The notes below the pieces were generated by a model. That model saw nothing but the letters and a program-made list of their open reading frames with translations, made no database searches and had not been told where the DNA came from. From assembly GCA_963791345.1 (NCBI GenBank), contig CAWBRS010000010.1, positions 38,656 through 102,655 of the forward strand: a DNA stretch of 64,000 nt, in the 5' to 3' direction. The translations under genes and the position numbers were made by a program. Of the stretch, positions 1 to 13,080 are shown piece by piece. Within the stretch, counting starts at the first letter, position 1. Every line of letters starts with the position of its first letter. The DNA is from an uncultured Thermoleophilia bacterium (lineage in GTDB: Bacteria; Actinomycetota; Thermoleophilia; UBA2241).

Positions 1-213
1 GGTGGCGGCGACCGCCGCCACCGCCGCCAGGGGCAGCGGCAGGCCGAGCCCGGCGAAGAACACGCCCAGCATGCCGCCGAGCATGAAGAACTCGCCCTGG
101 GCGAAGTTGATCGCCCCCGTGGCCGCGAAGATGATCGTGAAACCCAGGGCGACGAGCGCGTAGATCGAGCCGTTCTTGAGGCCCGCGATCAGGAACTGCA
201 GCAGTTCGTCCAC
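1..213 (-). CDS. Branched-chain amino acid ABC transporter permease (LivH-like); only the 5' part is present and the gene runs off the left edge
   Basis: Reverse-strand translation from GTG (213) reads VDELLQFLIAGLKNGSIYALVALGFTIIFAATGAINFAQGEFFMLGG..., the conserved LivH-type N-terminus. It lies directly downstream of the binding-protein gene. Confidence 0.75.
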   Translation of the reverse strand, partial: MDELLQFLIAGLKNGSIYALVALGFTIIFAATGAINFAQGEFFMLGGMLGVFFAGLGLPLPLAAVAAVAAT

Positions 214-428
214 GAGGTCAATCCCACGCTCTCGTCGTCATCGCCCTGCGCTGCGGTCGTGCTGCGCCGGGGTCGCGGCCCCGGACCCGGCTGCGGGTCC
301 GGGGCCGCGACCCCGGCCGTGCGGCGCATCGGCCGCGCGGCCCGGAGCACGGTCGGGCGGCGCTTCGCTCGCGCCGCCCGACTCGTGCCACGCACCGGTC
401 GCCCGGCCGGCGTCCGGTCGCACGCCGG

Positions 429-1625
429 CTACTCGACCAGCGTCCACTCACCGCCGGCGATCTCGTACATCGTGAGGTCGTCGACGGTCATCCCGTTGTG
501 GTCCTCGGGCGTGAAGCTGAAGGTGCCGCCGATGCCGACCCAGCCGGAGGTCGCCTCGATCTCGTCGCGGAGCCCCTCGGCGGTGAGGTCCCCGTCGATG
601 CGCCGCGCCGCCTCGACGATCAGGTAGAGGGCGTCGTAGGCGTGGCCGGCGAACGTGCTGGGGGCGTCGCCGTAGGCGGCCGTGTAGCGGTCGATGAAGT
701 CGGTGGCCACGGTGAAGGCCTCGGTCCCCTCGCCGTACGCCTCGGGGATGAGGACTTTGCCGGCGGCGAACCTGACGCCCTCGGCCGCCTCGCCGGCGCC
801 GTCGATGAACTCGCGGCGGGCGATGCCGTGGCTGCCGAACAGCGGCAGGTCGATGCCCAGGTCGACGGCGTTCTTGACGATGATCGCCGCCTCCGCGCCG
901 GCGGTCCAGAAGACGACCGCCTCGGCGTCGGAGTTCTTGATCTTCGTGAGCTGGGTGGTCATGTCGGTGTCGCCGGGGTTGAACGTCTGGTCGGAGACCA
1001 CCTCGACGCCCACCTCCGGCGCGACCGCGGCGATGACCGCCTGGCCGTCCGCGCCGAAGCCGCCGCTGTCGCTGATCAGGCCGATCTTCGTGATCCCCTG
1101 AGCCTTGATGTGCTCGAGCGTGAAGGGCACGACGATGAGGTTGGACCACGGGGTCGCGAAGACGAGCGGGTCGACCGGGTTCGTGATCACGGTGCCGCCG
1201 GCCATCGAGACCTGCGGGATGCCGGCGCGCTGGACGTCGCCCCGCGCGGCCATCGTCTGGCCGGTGCCGGTGGCGCCGATGATGGCGATGACGCCGTCCT
1301 GCTCGATCAGCTTGCTCGCCGCGGCGACCGCCTTGGCCTCGTCGGTGGCGTCGTCCTCGATGATGACCTCGATCGGCCGGCCGTTGACACCGCCGTCCTC
1401 GTTGATCCGCGCCACTTCCATCTCGATGACGTTCTTCTCGGGTTCACCGAGGCCGGCGTAGGTGCCGGTGAGGGAGACGATGGCGCCGATCTTGATCGGC
1501 TCGCCGCCCTCGGCGGCCTCCTCCTCGCCGCACGCCGCAGTCATGACCGCCAGCGAGACCGCGAGCGAGACCGCCAGCGCGGCCGTCAAGACCGCCATCG
1601 AGAGCTTCAACGTCCGTCCACGCAT
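429..1625 (-). CDS. Branched-chain amino acid ABC transporter substrate-binding lipoprotein (LivJ/LivK-like)
   Basis: 398-aa ORF with a signal peptide and lipobox (..LAVMTAAC). The mature part (IKIGAIVSLTGTYAGLGEPEKNVIEMEVARINEDGGVNGRPIEV..) is typical of the Leu/Ile/Val-binding family. Ends in TAG. Confidence 0.85.
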   Translation of the reverse strand: MRGRTLKLSMAVLTAALAVSLAVSLAVMTAACGEEEAAEGGEPIKIGAIVSLTGTYAGLGEPEKNVIEMEVARINEDGGVNGRPIEVIIEDDATDEAKAVAAASKLIEQDGVIAIIGATGTGQTMAARGDVQRAGIPQVSMAGGTVITNPVDPLVFATPWSNLIVVPFTLEHIKAQGITKIGLISDSGGFGADGQAVIAAVAPEVGVEVVSDQTFNPGDTDMTTQLTKIKNSDAEAVVFWTAGAEAAIIVKNAVDLGIDLPLFGSHGIARREFIDGAGEAAEGVRFAAGKVLIPEAYGEGTEAFTVATDFIDRYTAAYGDAPSTFAGHAYDALYLIVEAARRIDGDLTAEGLRDEIEATSGWVGIGGTFSFTPEDHNGMTVDDLTMYEIAGGEWTLVE

Positions 1626-2181
1626 GGTGTGTTCCTCCGTCCGATTCGTGTGCGCGCTCCGACTGGCTCAGCTGCGCGCGATGTCCCTGGGGATGACGAG
1701 CGCGGCCGGGCGGTCCTCGAAGGCGGGACCGGACGACCGATGTCGGTGAGGGTGGCGGCGGCGCGGGTCGGGGGCGGGGGAGCGGAGAGGGCGGCCGCTT
1801 CGGCGCCGACCGTCGCGCCGGCGCGCGCCGCTGCCGGCGCCGCCTCTCCGGCGACGGGTGCGACGGCCGTGCCGCTGCTCCACTGCATACGACTCACGCA
1901 GCCCCCCTGCGCTGTCGTGGCGGCCTCTCGCTGGTGCCGGCCGCCAAAGTGGGCTGCATGATAGCACGGAGCGCCGGTGCGCGTACGCCGCGACGGGGCG
2001 CATCCTTATGCGCCGGGTCATGCGCGAAGCGCCGTGTCGTGCCGGCAGACCGGCGCCCGTCCTCCCGGCGCCGACCGCTCCCCCTCGATGCTTACCGCCC
2101 TCGTCCGGCCGGGTAGGTAGCGCTCACGGGGCCGCCGGAGCCATGCCGGCGTGCGCGTCAAGGAGCGGAGGAGGTCACCGG

Positions 2182-5041
<2,860 letters not shown>

Positions 5042-5079
5042 CCGGCCGACGTCAGACGAGGCGTGGGTATCATGAGCGC

Positions 5080-6219
5080 ATGACTCCCGCGCCCTCCGTC
5101 CCGTCGTTCGAGCAGGGGCCGATCCGCCCGCCGAGCGAGGCCTACAGCCTGCTCGTGCGCGTGATCCGCAACTGCACCTGGAACCGCTGCACCTTCTGTC
5201 CCGTGTACAAAGGCACGAAGTCCTCGCAGCGGCCGCTCGAGGAGGTGCTCGCCGACGTCGACGCGATGGCCGCGGCGGCCGCCGTCCTGCGCGCCGAAGG
5301 CCGTGGCGCGCTGCACGGCGGCCGCCTGCCGCAGGAGGCCTTCCAGGTCATGCTCTTCCTGCACGGCGGCGAGCGCCACGTCTTCCTCCAGGACGCCGAC
5401 CCGCTGGCGGTGAAGCCCGACAAGCTCGCCGCGGTGGTGGCGCGGGTCCGAGAGCGTTTCCCGACCGTCGAACGGGTGACGACCTACGGGCGCGCAGCGA
5501 CGCTCGCCCGCAGGAGCACGGCACAGCTCGGTGTGTTGCGTGAGGCCGGCCTGACCCGTGTGCACCTCGGCCTCGAGTCGGGCGCCGACGAGGTGCTCAT
5601 GGCGATCGACAAGGGCTGCACGTCGGGGGACCTGATCGCGGCCGGCACGAACGCCGTGCAAGCCGGCCTCGAGCTCTGCTTCTACCTGATGCCCGGGCTC
5701 GGGGGGCGCGAGCAGGCGACCGCGCACGTCGCGGGCTCCGCCCGCGTGATCCGCGCGGTCGCCGCCGCCGCGCCCGCCGAGCGCCCGCTCGTCGTCCGCC
5801 TGCGCACCGCCGCGGTCGTGCCCGGCACGCCGCTCGCCGATCGCCAGGCGGCTGGCGAGTTCTCCCTGCCCGACGACGTCGAGGTCGCGCGGGAGCTGCG
5901 CGACCTTCTCGAGCAGATCGGCGACGCCCGGCTCGAGCTGCGCGCCGACCACGCCCTCAACCTGCTGCCCGGTCTCGAGGGGTCGCTGCCCGCCGACCAC
6001 GAGCGGCTCCTGGGGATGCTCGACAGCTACCTCGCACTGCCGCGGGCGCAGCAGGCGCGCTTCGCGATCGGCGCCCGCCTGGGCCTCTTCCACGAGCTCG
6101 CCGACCTCGACGACCCCGTTCGCGCGGCCCGTCTCGAGGCCCAGTTCGCGGGCTACGAGCAGCCCGACGCCGACGAGCTGCTGGCGGCGGCGACGGCGCT
6201 GCGGGCGCGCTTTCTCTGA
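5080..6219 (+). CDS. Radical SAM domain protein of unknown specificity
   Basis: 379-aa ORF. A Cys triad sits near the N-terminus (VIRNCTWNRCTFCPVYKG), followed by a TIM-barrel-like body. The spacing is CX4CX2C rather than CX3CX2C. Confidence 0.7.
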   Translation: MTPAPSVPSFEQGPIRPPSEAYSLLVRVIRNCTWNRCTFCPVYKGTKSSQRPLEEVLADVDAMAAAAAVLRAEGRGALHGGRLPQEAFQVMLFLHGGERHVFLQDADPLAVKPDKLAAVVARVRERFPTVERVTTYGRAATLARRSTAQLGVLREAGLTRVHLGLESGADEVLMAIDKGCTSGDLIAAGTNAVQAGLELCFYLMPGLGGREQATAHVAGSARVIRAVAAAAPAERPLVVRLRTAAVVPGTPLADRQAAGEFSLPDDVEVARELRDLLEQIGDARLELRADHALNLLPGLEGSLPADHERLLGMLDSYLALPRAQQARFAIGARLGLFHELADLDDPVRAARLEAQFAGYEQPDADELLAAATALRARFL

Positions 6220-6315
6220 GGGCGGGTGCCGTGCCGCCCGTGGTCGCGCGTCGCCCGGCGTGACGTTGCCGCGGCCCCGGCGCCCACGCCCGTGCCGCGA
6301 GCGCGTACGCGCTCG

Positions 6316-6945
6316 TCAGATGGCCCGCCCATCGGTCCCGATGTCACCCGTCAGGTATCTCTGGACGGTAGGCCCGACGGAGGCGACGAGCTCGTCGACG
6401 CTCGCTGAGGCCAGCGGCTCGAGGCGGCCGATGAAGCGCATCACCGCGAGGCCGATGAACTGCGAGCCCACGAGCGTCGCGCGCAGCGGTGCGTCGGGCA
6501 CGCCTAGCCTCTCCGTGATCGGCGCGAAGACCTCGCGCACGAGCAGGTCGCGGGTCATCGCCATGGCCTTGTCGTTGGTCATCGCCGAGCGCAGCATGGC
6601 CATGAGGCGCACCCGGTTCTCGGGCGGCTCCCACGCCTCGAGGAAGGTGCGGACGATGATCGCCCCGAGCTGCTCCGGGCCGGCGGCGACGCCGCGCTCG
6701 AAGATCTGCCGCGGGCTCACCGGGAGCTCGAGGGCGGCCTCGAAGAGGCCCTCCTTCGAGCCGAAGTAGTGCAGGACGAGGGCCGGGTCGACCCCGGCGG
6801 CGGCGGCGATGCCGCGCAGCGTCGCGCGGTCGTAGCCGGCCTCCGCGAACGCGGCCCGCGCGGCGCCGAGGATCGCCTCGCGCGTGCCGCTGTCGCCCGG
6901 TCGCCGGCCGGTCGCGCGCGCGGGCCTGTCTGCGGCGCCGCTCAT
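6316..6945 (-). CDS. TetR/AcrR family transcriptional regulator
   Basis: 209 aa from ATG 6945. It has the N-terminal HTH TREAILGAARAAFAEAGYDRATLRGIAAAAGVDPALVLHYFGSKEGLF. Its start overlaps the MFS stop by 4 nt. Confidence 0.9.
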   Translation of the reverse strand: MSGAADRPARATGRRPGDSGTREAILGAARAAFAEAGYDRATLRGIAAAAGVDPALVLHYFGSKEGLFEAALELPVSPRQIFERGVAAGPEQLGAIIVRTFLEAWEPPENRVRLMAMLRSAMTNDKAMAMTRDLLVREVFAPITERLGVPDAPLRATLVGSQFIGLAVMRFIGRLEPLASASVDELVASVGPTVQRYLTGDIGTDGRAI

Positions 6946-8708
6946 CGTTCCCCGGTGACCGGCGCGGCGGCTTCGGCGGCCAGTCCCGCCGCCGCCCGTT
7001 CGGCGCGGTTCATCTCGTGGTGTCCCTCGTGCTCGCCGAGGCGCCGGCCGACGAAGAGCGCCGGGATGGCGGCCAGCAGGGCCGCCAGCGCCATAGCGTA
7101 GAACGGCCAGGTGAACGAGGCGGCGACGTTGTCGCGGAAGATCGCCGCGATCTCGGTCTTGAGGGCCGCCTGCTGCTCCGCCTCCGGCGATCCCGGCGGC
7201 GCCGCGGGTGCGCCCACGAGCGGGTCCTGCGAGGTCAGCCGCGGGTTGCCCTCGCCGACCTTGGCGGCGGCGGCCGTCGCCGCCAGGCCGGCGGTGATCG
7301 CCTGCTTCGCCTCCGCCGGCAGGGTCGGGTCGTCGCGCACGACCTGCGCCGCCTCCCGGGACGCGTCGACGACGTTGTCGGCGATCGTGCCCGAGAACAG
7401 CGCGACGACCACCGCCAGGCCGACGGAGAAGCCGACCTGGCGCAGCGTGTTGAGGGCACCCGAGCCGACCCCCGCGACCTGCGGGGGCAGGGAGCCCATG
7501 GCGGCGGCCGACAGCGCCGGCATCGAGAAGCCGATGCCGGCGCCGATCAGCACCACCCGCCACGTGACGTCCCACAGGTTCGAGTCGCCGCCCAGCTGGG
7601 CCAGCAGCACGAGGCCGGCGAAGAAGAACAGCGCTCCGATCAGCGCCGGGACGCGCGGTCCGATCCTGTCCACCAGCCGGCCCACGTTGGGCGCGACGAT
7701 CAGCGCGGTCAACGGCATCGGCGTGATCGCGATCGCCGCCCTCAGCTCGCTGTAGCCGAGCACGTTGACGAGGAAGATGACGAGCAGGAACATCGTGCCG
7801 CCCATGGCCGCGCCGACGAACATCATCGCGGTGTTCGCGGCGGTGAACGAGCGGATCCGCAGCAGACGGAAGTCGAACATCGGCGAGGGCGTGCGCAGCT
7901 CCCACCACATGAAGAGGGGGAAGCTCGCGAAGGCGACGGCGAAGAGCCCGAGGATCCGCCCCGAAGTCCAGCCCCAGTCGTTGCCCTGGATGAGGGCGAG
8001 CACGAGGCAGAAGAGGCCGACGGCCGAGACGAGGATGCCGCGCAGATCGATGCCTTGCGCCTGCCGGTTCGGGCGGCGCTCCGGGATCAGGACGACGGCC
8101 ATCACGAGGGCCGCCACGCCCACCGGCACGTTGACGAAGAAGATCCAGTTCCAGGAGAGGTACTCGATGATGAGGCCGCCCAGGGTCGGGCCGACTGCGG
8201 CGGCGATCGTGCCCGTGGCGCCCCAGACGCCGACCGCCATGCCGTGCCGGTGCCGCGGGAAGGCGGCCAGGAGGATGGCGAGCGAGATGGGCGCCATCGC
8301 CGCGCCGCCGACGCCCTGCCCGATGCGGAACGCGATCAGCCACTCGATGTTCGGGGCGAGACCGCAGGCCAGCGAGGCGAGCGTGAAGATCACGAGGCCG
8401 CCGGCGAAGACGAGCTTCTGGCCGTGCTTGTCGGAGATGCGGCCCATGGAGAGGAAGAGGACGGCGAGGGCGAGGCTGTAGGCGTTGAGGACCCACGAGA
8501 CGCGGGACACGGTCGTGTCGAAGTCGTCGAGGATCGCCGGGATGGCGATGTTGACGATGGTGACGTCGAGCAGCGCCATGAACATGCCGAAGCTGACCGC
8601 CGCGAGGATCCACCACTTGCGCGGGTGACCGGTGTCGAGGGCGGGTGGCGCCCCAGGGGCGGAGGCCGCGCCGGCCGGGTCGGGTGCAGGCGGGGAGAGC
8701 GCGTTCAA
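6942..8708 (-). CDS. MFS transporter, DHA2 (EmrB/QacA, 14-TMS) drug-efflux family
   Basis: WWILAAVSFGMFMALLDVTIVNIAIPAI..., LSMGRISDKHGQK, and multiple TM segments. No ATG/GTG lies upstream of the first TM segment. TTG 8708 overlaps the ATPase stop (TTGA), so the start codon is uncertain. Confidence 0.8.
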   Translation of the reverse strand: MNALSPPAPDPAGAASAPGAPPALDTGHPRKWWILAAVSFGMFMALLDVTIVNIAIPAILDDFDTTVSRVSWVLNAYSLALAVLFLSMGRISDKHGQKLVFAGGLVIFTLASLACGLAPNIEWLIAFRIGQGVGGAAMAPISLAILLAAFPRHRHGMAVGVWGATGTIAAAVGPTLGGLIIEYLSWNWIFFVNVPVGVAALVMAVVLIPERRPNRQAQGIDLRGILVSAVGLFCLVLALIQGNDWGWTSGRILGLFAVAFASFPLFMWWELRTPSPMFDFRLLRIRSFTAANTAMMFVGAAMGGTMFLLVIFLVNVLGYSELRAAIAITPMPLTALIVAPNVGRLVDRIGPRVPALIGALFFFAGLVLLAQLGGDSNLWDVTWRVVLIGAGIGFSMPALSAAAMGSLPPQVAGVGSGALNTLRQVGFSVGLAVVVALFSGTIADNVVDASREAAQVVRDDPTLPAEAKQAITAGLAATAAAAKVGEGNPRLTSQDPLVGAPAAPPGSPEAEQQAALKTEIAAIFRDNVAASFTWPFYAMALAALLAAIPALFVGRRLGEHEGHHEMNRAERAAAGLAAEAAAPVTGER

Positions 8709-10433
8709 TGGGGATCCTTTCGCGGTCTGTCGGCGGCGAGCGCGAGCTCCACGAACGTCTCTTCGAGTGTGGCGGGGACGAGGCGCAGGCCGGCGGCGAC
8801 GTGACGCGCCTCGAGGGCGGTACGCACGCGCGCCACGTCGCCGCCGGCGACGCGCAGGGTCCGTCCGTGCAGGGCGACCGGGAGACCGGCGTCCGCGAGG
8901 ACGCCGAAGGCGGTCGCCCAGTCGCTCGTCTCGCCCGCGGTGCGGACGGGTCTCGTCGCCGGCTTCCGGTCCTGCGGCCGCCGCCGCGGACGCCTCACCC
9001 GCCGTGTCGGATGCGTCGCTCCCGAGCTCCACTTCGACGGCCCGGCGGTCGCCGACGATCGCTGCCTCCGGGCCCTCGGCGACGACCCGGCCGGCGGCCA
9101 TGATGACCAGCCGGTCGCACTGCGACGCCTCTTCGAGGTAGTGCGTCGTCACGAGGACGCCGGCGCCCTGCGCCGCCGCCTCGTGTACGGTGTCCCAGAG
9201 GCGGGCGCGCGCCCGAGGGTCGACGCCCGAGGTCGGCTCGTCGAGGACGAGCAGTTCGGGCGCGTGCGCCAGCGCGGAGGCGAAGGCGAGTCGTCGCCGG
9301 AGGCCGAGGGGGAGGTCGCGGACGAGCCTGTCCTCGGCCTCGGCCAGCTCGGCGTCGAGCGGCGGCGGCGAAGTGCCGAACGCCGCCGCGGCGAAGGTCA
9401 GGTTCTCGGCGACGGTGAGGTCCTCCCACAGGCCGAGTCCCTGGGGCACGTAGCCGAGGCGCCGTCGCGCGGCGCGCGAGGGCGGCGCCCCGAAGAGCAG
9501 CGCTTCGCCGGCCGACGGGCGCAGCAGGCCGAGGAGCATGCGGATCAGGGTCGTCTTGCCGGCCCCGTTCGCGCCGAGCAGCCCGACCACCTCGCCGGCG
9601 CCGACGTCGAGGTGGGCGCCGTCGACGGCGACGAGGTCGCCGAAGCGGCGCACCACGGCGCGCATCTCCGCGAGAGGCGCGCCGCCGGCCGCGCCCGCGG
9701 ATGCGTCCGCGACCGCGGCGGCAGGCCGTCCCGTCGTTGCGGCATGCTCCCGCGGACCCTTCGCGGCGTCTCGGGCGGCGGTCGCCAGGGGCCGCGGCAA
9801 CGCCGCGGCGACCGCCTCCGGCGGCCCCGCGGCGACGGCGCGGCCGCCGTCGAGCACCAGCACCCGGGCGGCGCGCTCGGCTTCGTCCAGATACGTCGTC
9901 GTGACCAGCACCGCGGCGCCGTCCGCGGCCGCGCCGGCGATGAGCCGCCAGAGCTCGCTGCGGCTCACGGGGTCGACGCCCGTCGTCGGCTCGTCGAGGA
10001 CGAGCAGCTTCGGCTGGTGGAGCATCGCCAGGGCGAAGGCGAGCTTCTGCCGCATCCCTCCCGAGAGCCGTCCGGCCAGTCTCCCGCGCGCCGCGGCGAT
10101 GCCGGTCTGCTCGAGCAGCCGGGCGGCGCGGCGCTCGCGCTCGTCGCCGGTCAGCCCGTAGGCGCCCCCGGCGAAGGCGATGTTCTCGTCGACGGTGAGG
10201 TCGGCGTAGACGCCCACCGCGCCCGAGATGTAGCCGATGTCCTGGCGCGGGGGGCGGCGCACGCTCCCGGAGTGAGGCACGATCCCGACCAGCGCGCGCA
10301 GCAGCGTGGTCTTGCCGGCGCCGTCGCCGCCGACGACGACCGTCACCGACCCCGGCAGGATGTCGACGCTGACGGCGTCGAGGGCGGTGCGCGAGCCGTA
10401 GCGCACGCTCAGGTCCGAGACCCCCCAGCTCAT
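8705..10433 (-). pseudogene. ABC transporter ATP-binding protein with two fused NBDs, one frameshift near the 3' end (or assembly indel)
   Basis: ATG 10433 overlaps the permease stop (ATGA). Walker A motifs are GGDGAGKTT and GANGAGKTT, with signature LSGGMRQK. The conserved C-terminal tail (ETSDWATAFGVLADAGLPVALHGRTLRV...VPATLEETFVELAL, track ORF 8705..8998) is in a different frame. The junction is ~8930-8965. Confidence 0.8.
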
Positions 10434-11680
10434 GCCGGCGCCTCCTCTCGCGTCGCACCTGCCGAGGGGCCGTCGGCCGCGCCGGCCGGCCCGCCGTTCC
10501 CGACCGAGGCGCCCCCGCCGGCATCCGCCCGCCCCGCCGGGCCGGCCGGCGCGAGATCGCGCCTGAAGCGCAGGGTCGACAACGTGAACACGCCGGCTGC
10601 CATGACGGCGAGCACGAGGAAGGGCAGCCAGAGGGCGTCGATCGGGGCGCCGCGCACCATCACCCCGCGAGCGATCTTGACGAACCACGTGAGGGGCAGC
10701 AGGTAACCGATCCAGCGCACGCCCCACGGCATCGCGTAGAGGGGGAAGAAGAGCCCGCTCAGCAGGAACTGCGGGACCATCGTCATGATGGCCAGCTGGA
10801 TCGCCTGCCCCTGCGTCTGCGAGACGGTCGAGATCAGGACTCCGAGGCCGAGGGTGACGAAGAGGAACAGCAACGAGCCGAGGGTGAAGGTCGCGACCGA
10901 GCCGCGGAAGGGGACGTCGAAGAGGAGCATGCCGACGGCGACGATGACCGCCATGTCGATGGCGGCGATGGCGAGGTAGGGGGCGATCTTGCCGATGAAG
11001 ACGTCGCGCGGGCGGAAGGGCATGACGGCGAGCTGCTCCATGGTGCCCGTCTGGCGCTCCCGCACCACGCCGAGGGCGGTCGCGATGGTGCCGATGAAGA
11101 CCAGGATGATGCCACACAGCCCCGGCACCATGATCACCGCCGTGCGCAGGTCGGGGTTGAAGAGGACCTCGGTCTCGGCCGCGCCGATGACGGCGACGGC
11201 CTCCTGCGCCGCGGCCGGCGGCGCCGCCGCGTCGTCCGCCGACCCGGCGGCGTCCGGCGACGACCCGGCCCCGTCCGTCTCCTGCAGGCCCCCGGCCATC
11301 GCCTGGGCCGCCGAGACGCGGCGCAGCGCCGCCTGGGCGGCGAAGAGCTCCGACCCGTCGATCAGCACGGTGGCCGCCTCGCCGGCCGCCGCCGGGGTCA
11401 CGAAGGCGACGACCGCCTCGCCGCGGCGAAGCGCCTCCTCCGCGGCCGCACGGTCGTCGCCCGGCCGTACGGCGACGACCTCGAACTGCTCGGGCAGCCG
11501 CGGTTCGACCAGCACCGCCGCCTCCCCCACGATCACGGTGGGGATCTCCTTCACGTCGAAGCTCGCCGCGTAGCCGAAGACGACGAGGAAGAGGAACGGC
11601 AGGAGGAAGAGCATGGCGACCGTCCGCCGGTCACGCCGCAGCTGCCGGAACTCCTTGACGACGATCGCCCACATGCGCAC
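10430..11680 (-). CDS. ABC-2 type transporter permease
   Basis: 416 aa. It starts with the typical MRMWAIVVKEFRQLRRDRRTVAMLFLLPFLFLVVFGY, has a large extracytoplasmic loop and then 5 C-terminal TM segments. GGGAGG RBS upstream. Confidence 0.85.
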   Translation of the reverse strand: MRMWAIVVKEFRQLRRDRRTVAMLFLLPFLFLVVFGYAASFDVKEIPTVIVGEAAVLVEPRLPEQFEVVAVRPGDDRAAAEEALRRGEAVVAFVTPAAAGEAATVLIDGSELFAAQAALRRVSAAQAMAGGLQETDGAGSSPDAAGSADDAAAPPAAAQEAVAVIGAAETEVLFNPDLRTAVIMVPGLCGIILVFIGTIATALGVVRERQTGTMEQLAVMPFRPRDVFIGKIAPYLAIAAIDMAVIVAVGMLLFDVPFRGSVATFTLGSLLFLFVTLGLGVLISTVSQTQGQAIQLAIMTMVPQFLLSGLFFPLYAMPWGVRWIGYLLPLTWFVKIARGVMVRGAPIDALWLPFLVLAVMAAGVFTLSTLRFRRDLAPAGPAGRADAGGGASVGNGGPAGAADGPSAGATREEAPA

Positions 11681-11725
11681 CTCCCGGTCGTGGGCGCCCG
11701 GCCCCAGGTCCGGGCGCCGATAAAC

Positions 11726-11755
11726 TCAACGCTTGTTGAACTCTACAGGCGTTGA
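11726..11755. promoter_or_regulatory. Candidate operator (inverted repeat TCAACGC-N16-GCGTTGA) in an AT-rich divergent promoter region
   Basis: ctCAACGCttgttgaactctacagGCGTTGaat is the only AT-rich patch between the efflux operon (minus) and the SLT gene (plus). The operon ends with a TetR regulator. Confidence 0.4.
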
Positions 11756-11949
11756 ATTCTTCGGTCAAGCCCAGGCGTCGGGCGGCGGCCCGGCGATCGC
11801 GCTCCCGCGCCCGTCGAGCGGCGATCGCGTCCCCGCGTCCGTCGGGCGATGCGCCGCAGACACCTCGACAGTTGTCTCTTGCCGGGGCGTCTGATATGTT
11901 CATCAGCCTGTGCGAGGGGGGTGCATGCCGCCCTCCTCGAGGAGGGGGT

Positions 11950-12924
11950 GTGAGCGAGCCGAACTCGACACCTGCGCGCAGCTGCATGCTGCGCGGCGTT
12001 CTCGTTGCCCTGATCGCCGTAGTCGGCGCCTTCGCCGTCCCCGCGGCGCACTCCGTCACCCTCGAGAGCGAGCGCCAGAAGGCGCGGGCGCTGGCCGCCG
12101 AGGTCGACGGGCTCGACGCGCGCATCGACGCCGCCGTCGCCCGCTACGCCCAGGCCACGCGGGCGCTCGAGGCCGTGCGCGCCTCGGTCGCGGGCAATCG
12201 CCGCGCCGTGCGCGAGGCGCGCCGCCAGGTCGACCTGGCGCGGGAGCTGCTCGCCGAGCACGCCCGCTCGATCTACAAGCAGTCGACGCCGACCACGGTC
12301 GACGTGTTGTTCGGCGTGGCCAGTTTCGGCGACCTCGTGAGCCAGCTCGAGCTGCTGCAGCGGCTGGGCGCCGGCGAGGCCGACTATCTGCGCGCGCTGC
12401 GTCAGGGTGAGCGTGCGCTCGAGGAACGCTCGCTGGCCCTGACCGCCGACGAGGCCACGGCCGAGCGTCTGGTCGCCGAGCGCGCTGCCGATCTCGAGCG
12501 GCTGCGCTCGTTCTTCGCTGACCGCCGCGAGCTCCTGGCCGGCGCCGAGGAGAGCGTCAGGGAGCTCGCTGCCCAGACCGAGCCGGCGACGCCGCGGCCG
12601 TCCGTCGCCGAGAGCGCCGACGCCGGCGACGGCGAGTGGTGGCCGATCATCCAGCGCGCGGCGGTGGCCAACGGGGTGAGCGCCGACGGCATGTACCGGC
12701 TGATGATGGCCGAGTCGGGCGGCTCGGCGACGATCGTCGGCCCCGGCGGGTACCACGGCCTGTATCAGTATTCGCTCACCACCTGGCGGGGCTCGTGGAA
12801 CCCGTACCGGTCGGCGAGCATCTACAACGGCGAGGCGCAGATCAAGGCCTCCGCCCTCGCCATCTCCCGGGGCTGGGGCCCCTCCTTCTGGCCGACGACC
12901 TTCGACTGGGCGTTCCGCGACTGA
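11950..12924 (+). CDS. Secreted coiled-coil protein with a C-terminal SLT/lytic-transglycosylase-like domain
   Basis: GTG 11950 follows GGAGGGGG (alternative ATG 11986). It has a signal peptide (LRGVLVALIAVVGAFAVPAAHS), a long Ala/Arg/Glu coiled coil like the RipA/NlpC N-domains, and a C-terminus ..YRLMMAESGGSATIVGPGGYHGLYQYSLTTW.. with an E-S catalytic-type motif. Confidence 0.7.
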   Translation: MSEPNSTPARSCMLRGVLVALIAVVGAFAVPAAHSVTLESERQKARALAAEVDGLDARIDAAVARYAQATRALEAVRASVAGNRRAVREARRQVDLARELLAEHARSIYKQSTPTTVDVLFGVASFGDLVSQLELLQRLGAGEADYLRALRQGERALEERSLALTADEATAERLVAERAADLERLRSFFADRRELLAGAEESVRELAAQTEPATPRPSVAESADAGDGEWWPIIQRAAVANGVSADGMYRLMMAESGGSATIVGPGGYHGLYQYSLTTWRGSWNPYRSASIYNGEAQIKASALAISRGWGPSFWPTTFDWAFRD

Positions 12925-13080
12925 CCTCGCGTTCGCCGCGCGCCTGCGGCCGGCGCCCGAGCCGCGGGGTGTGACACTCCGGCAAGTGACCCCTTGAGAC
13001 TGCGCCGACGGCCTCGCGCCGCGAGGGATCGGCGCCGTGCCCGGCGGCCGTGTGACGTGAGATTCTGTGCGGGACCACGC

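Noticed and set aside
1626-2181. The 555-nt divergent intergenic region between the livJ-like gene and the ATPase, as a hidden gene or riboswitch.
   Set aside because: The ORFs there (e.g. 1668..2021) translate to Arg/Pro-rich nonsense. I recognised no known RNA motif. It is left unannotated.
6942-11117. A 1391-aa ORF that looks like a giant fusion protein.
   Set aside because: It is a composite. Antisense or out-of-frame read-through of the permease gene joins the ABC ATPase and the MFS gene, because stop codons are rare at this GC content. Domain boundaries, RBSs and overlapping start/stop signals support separate genes.
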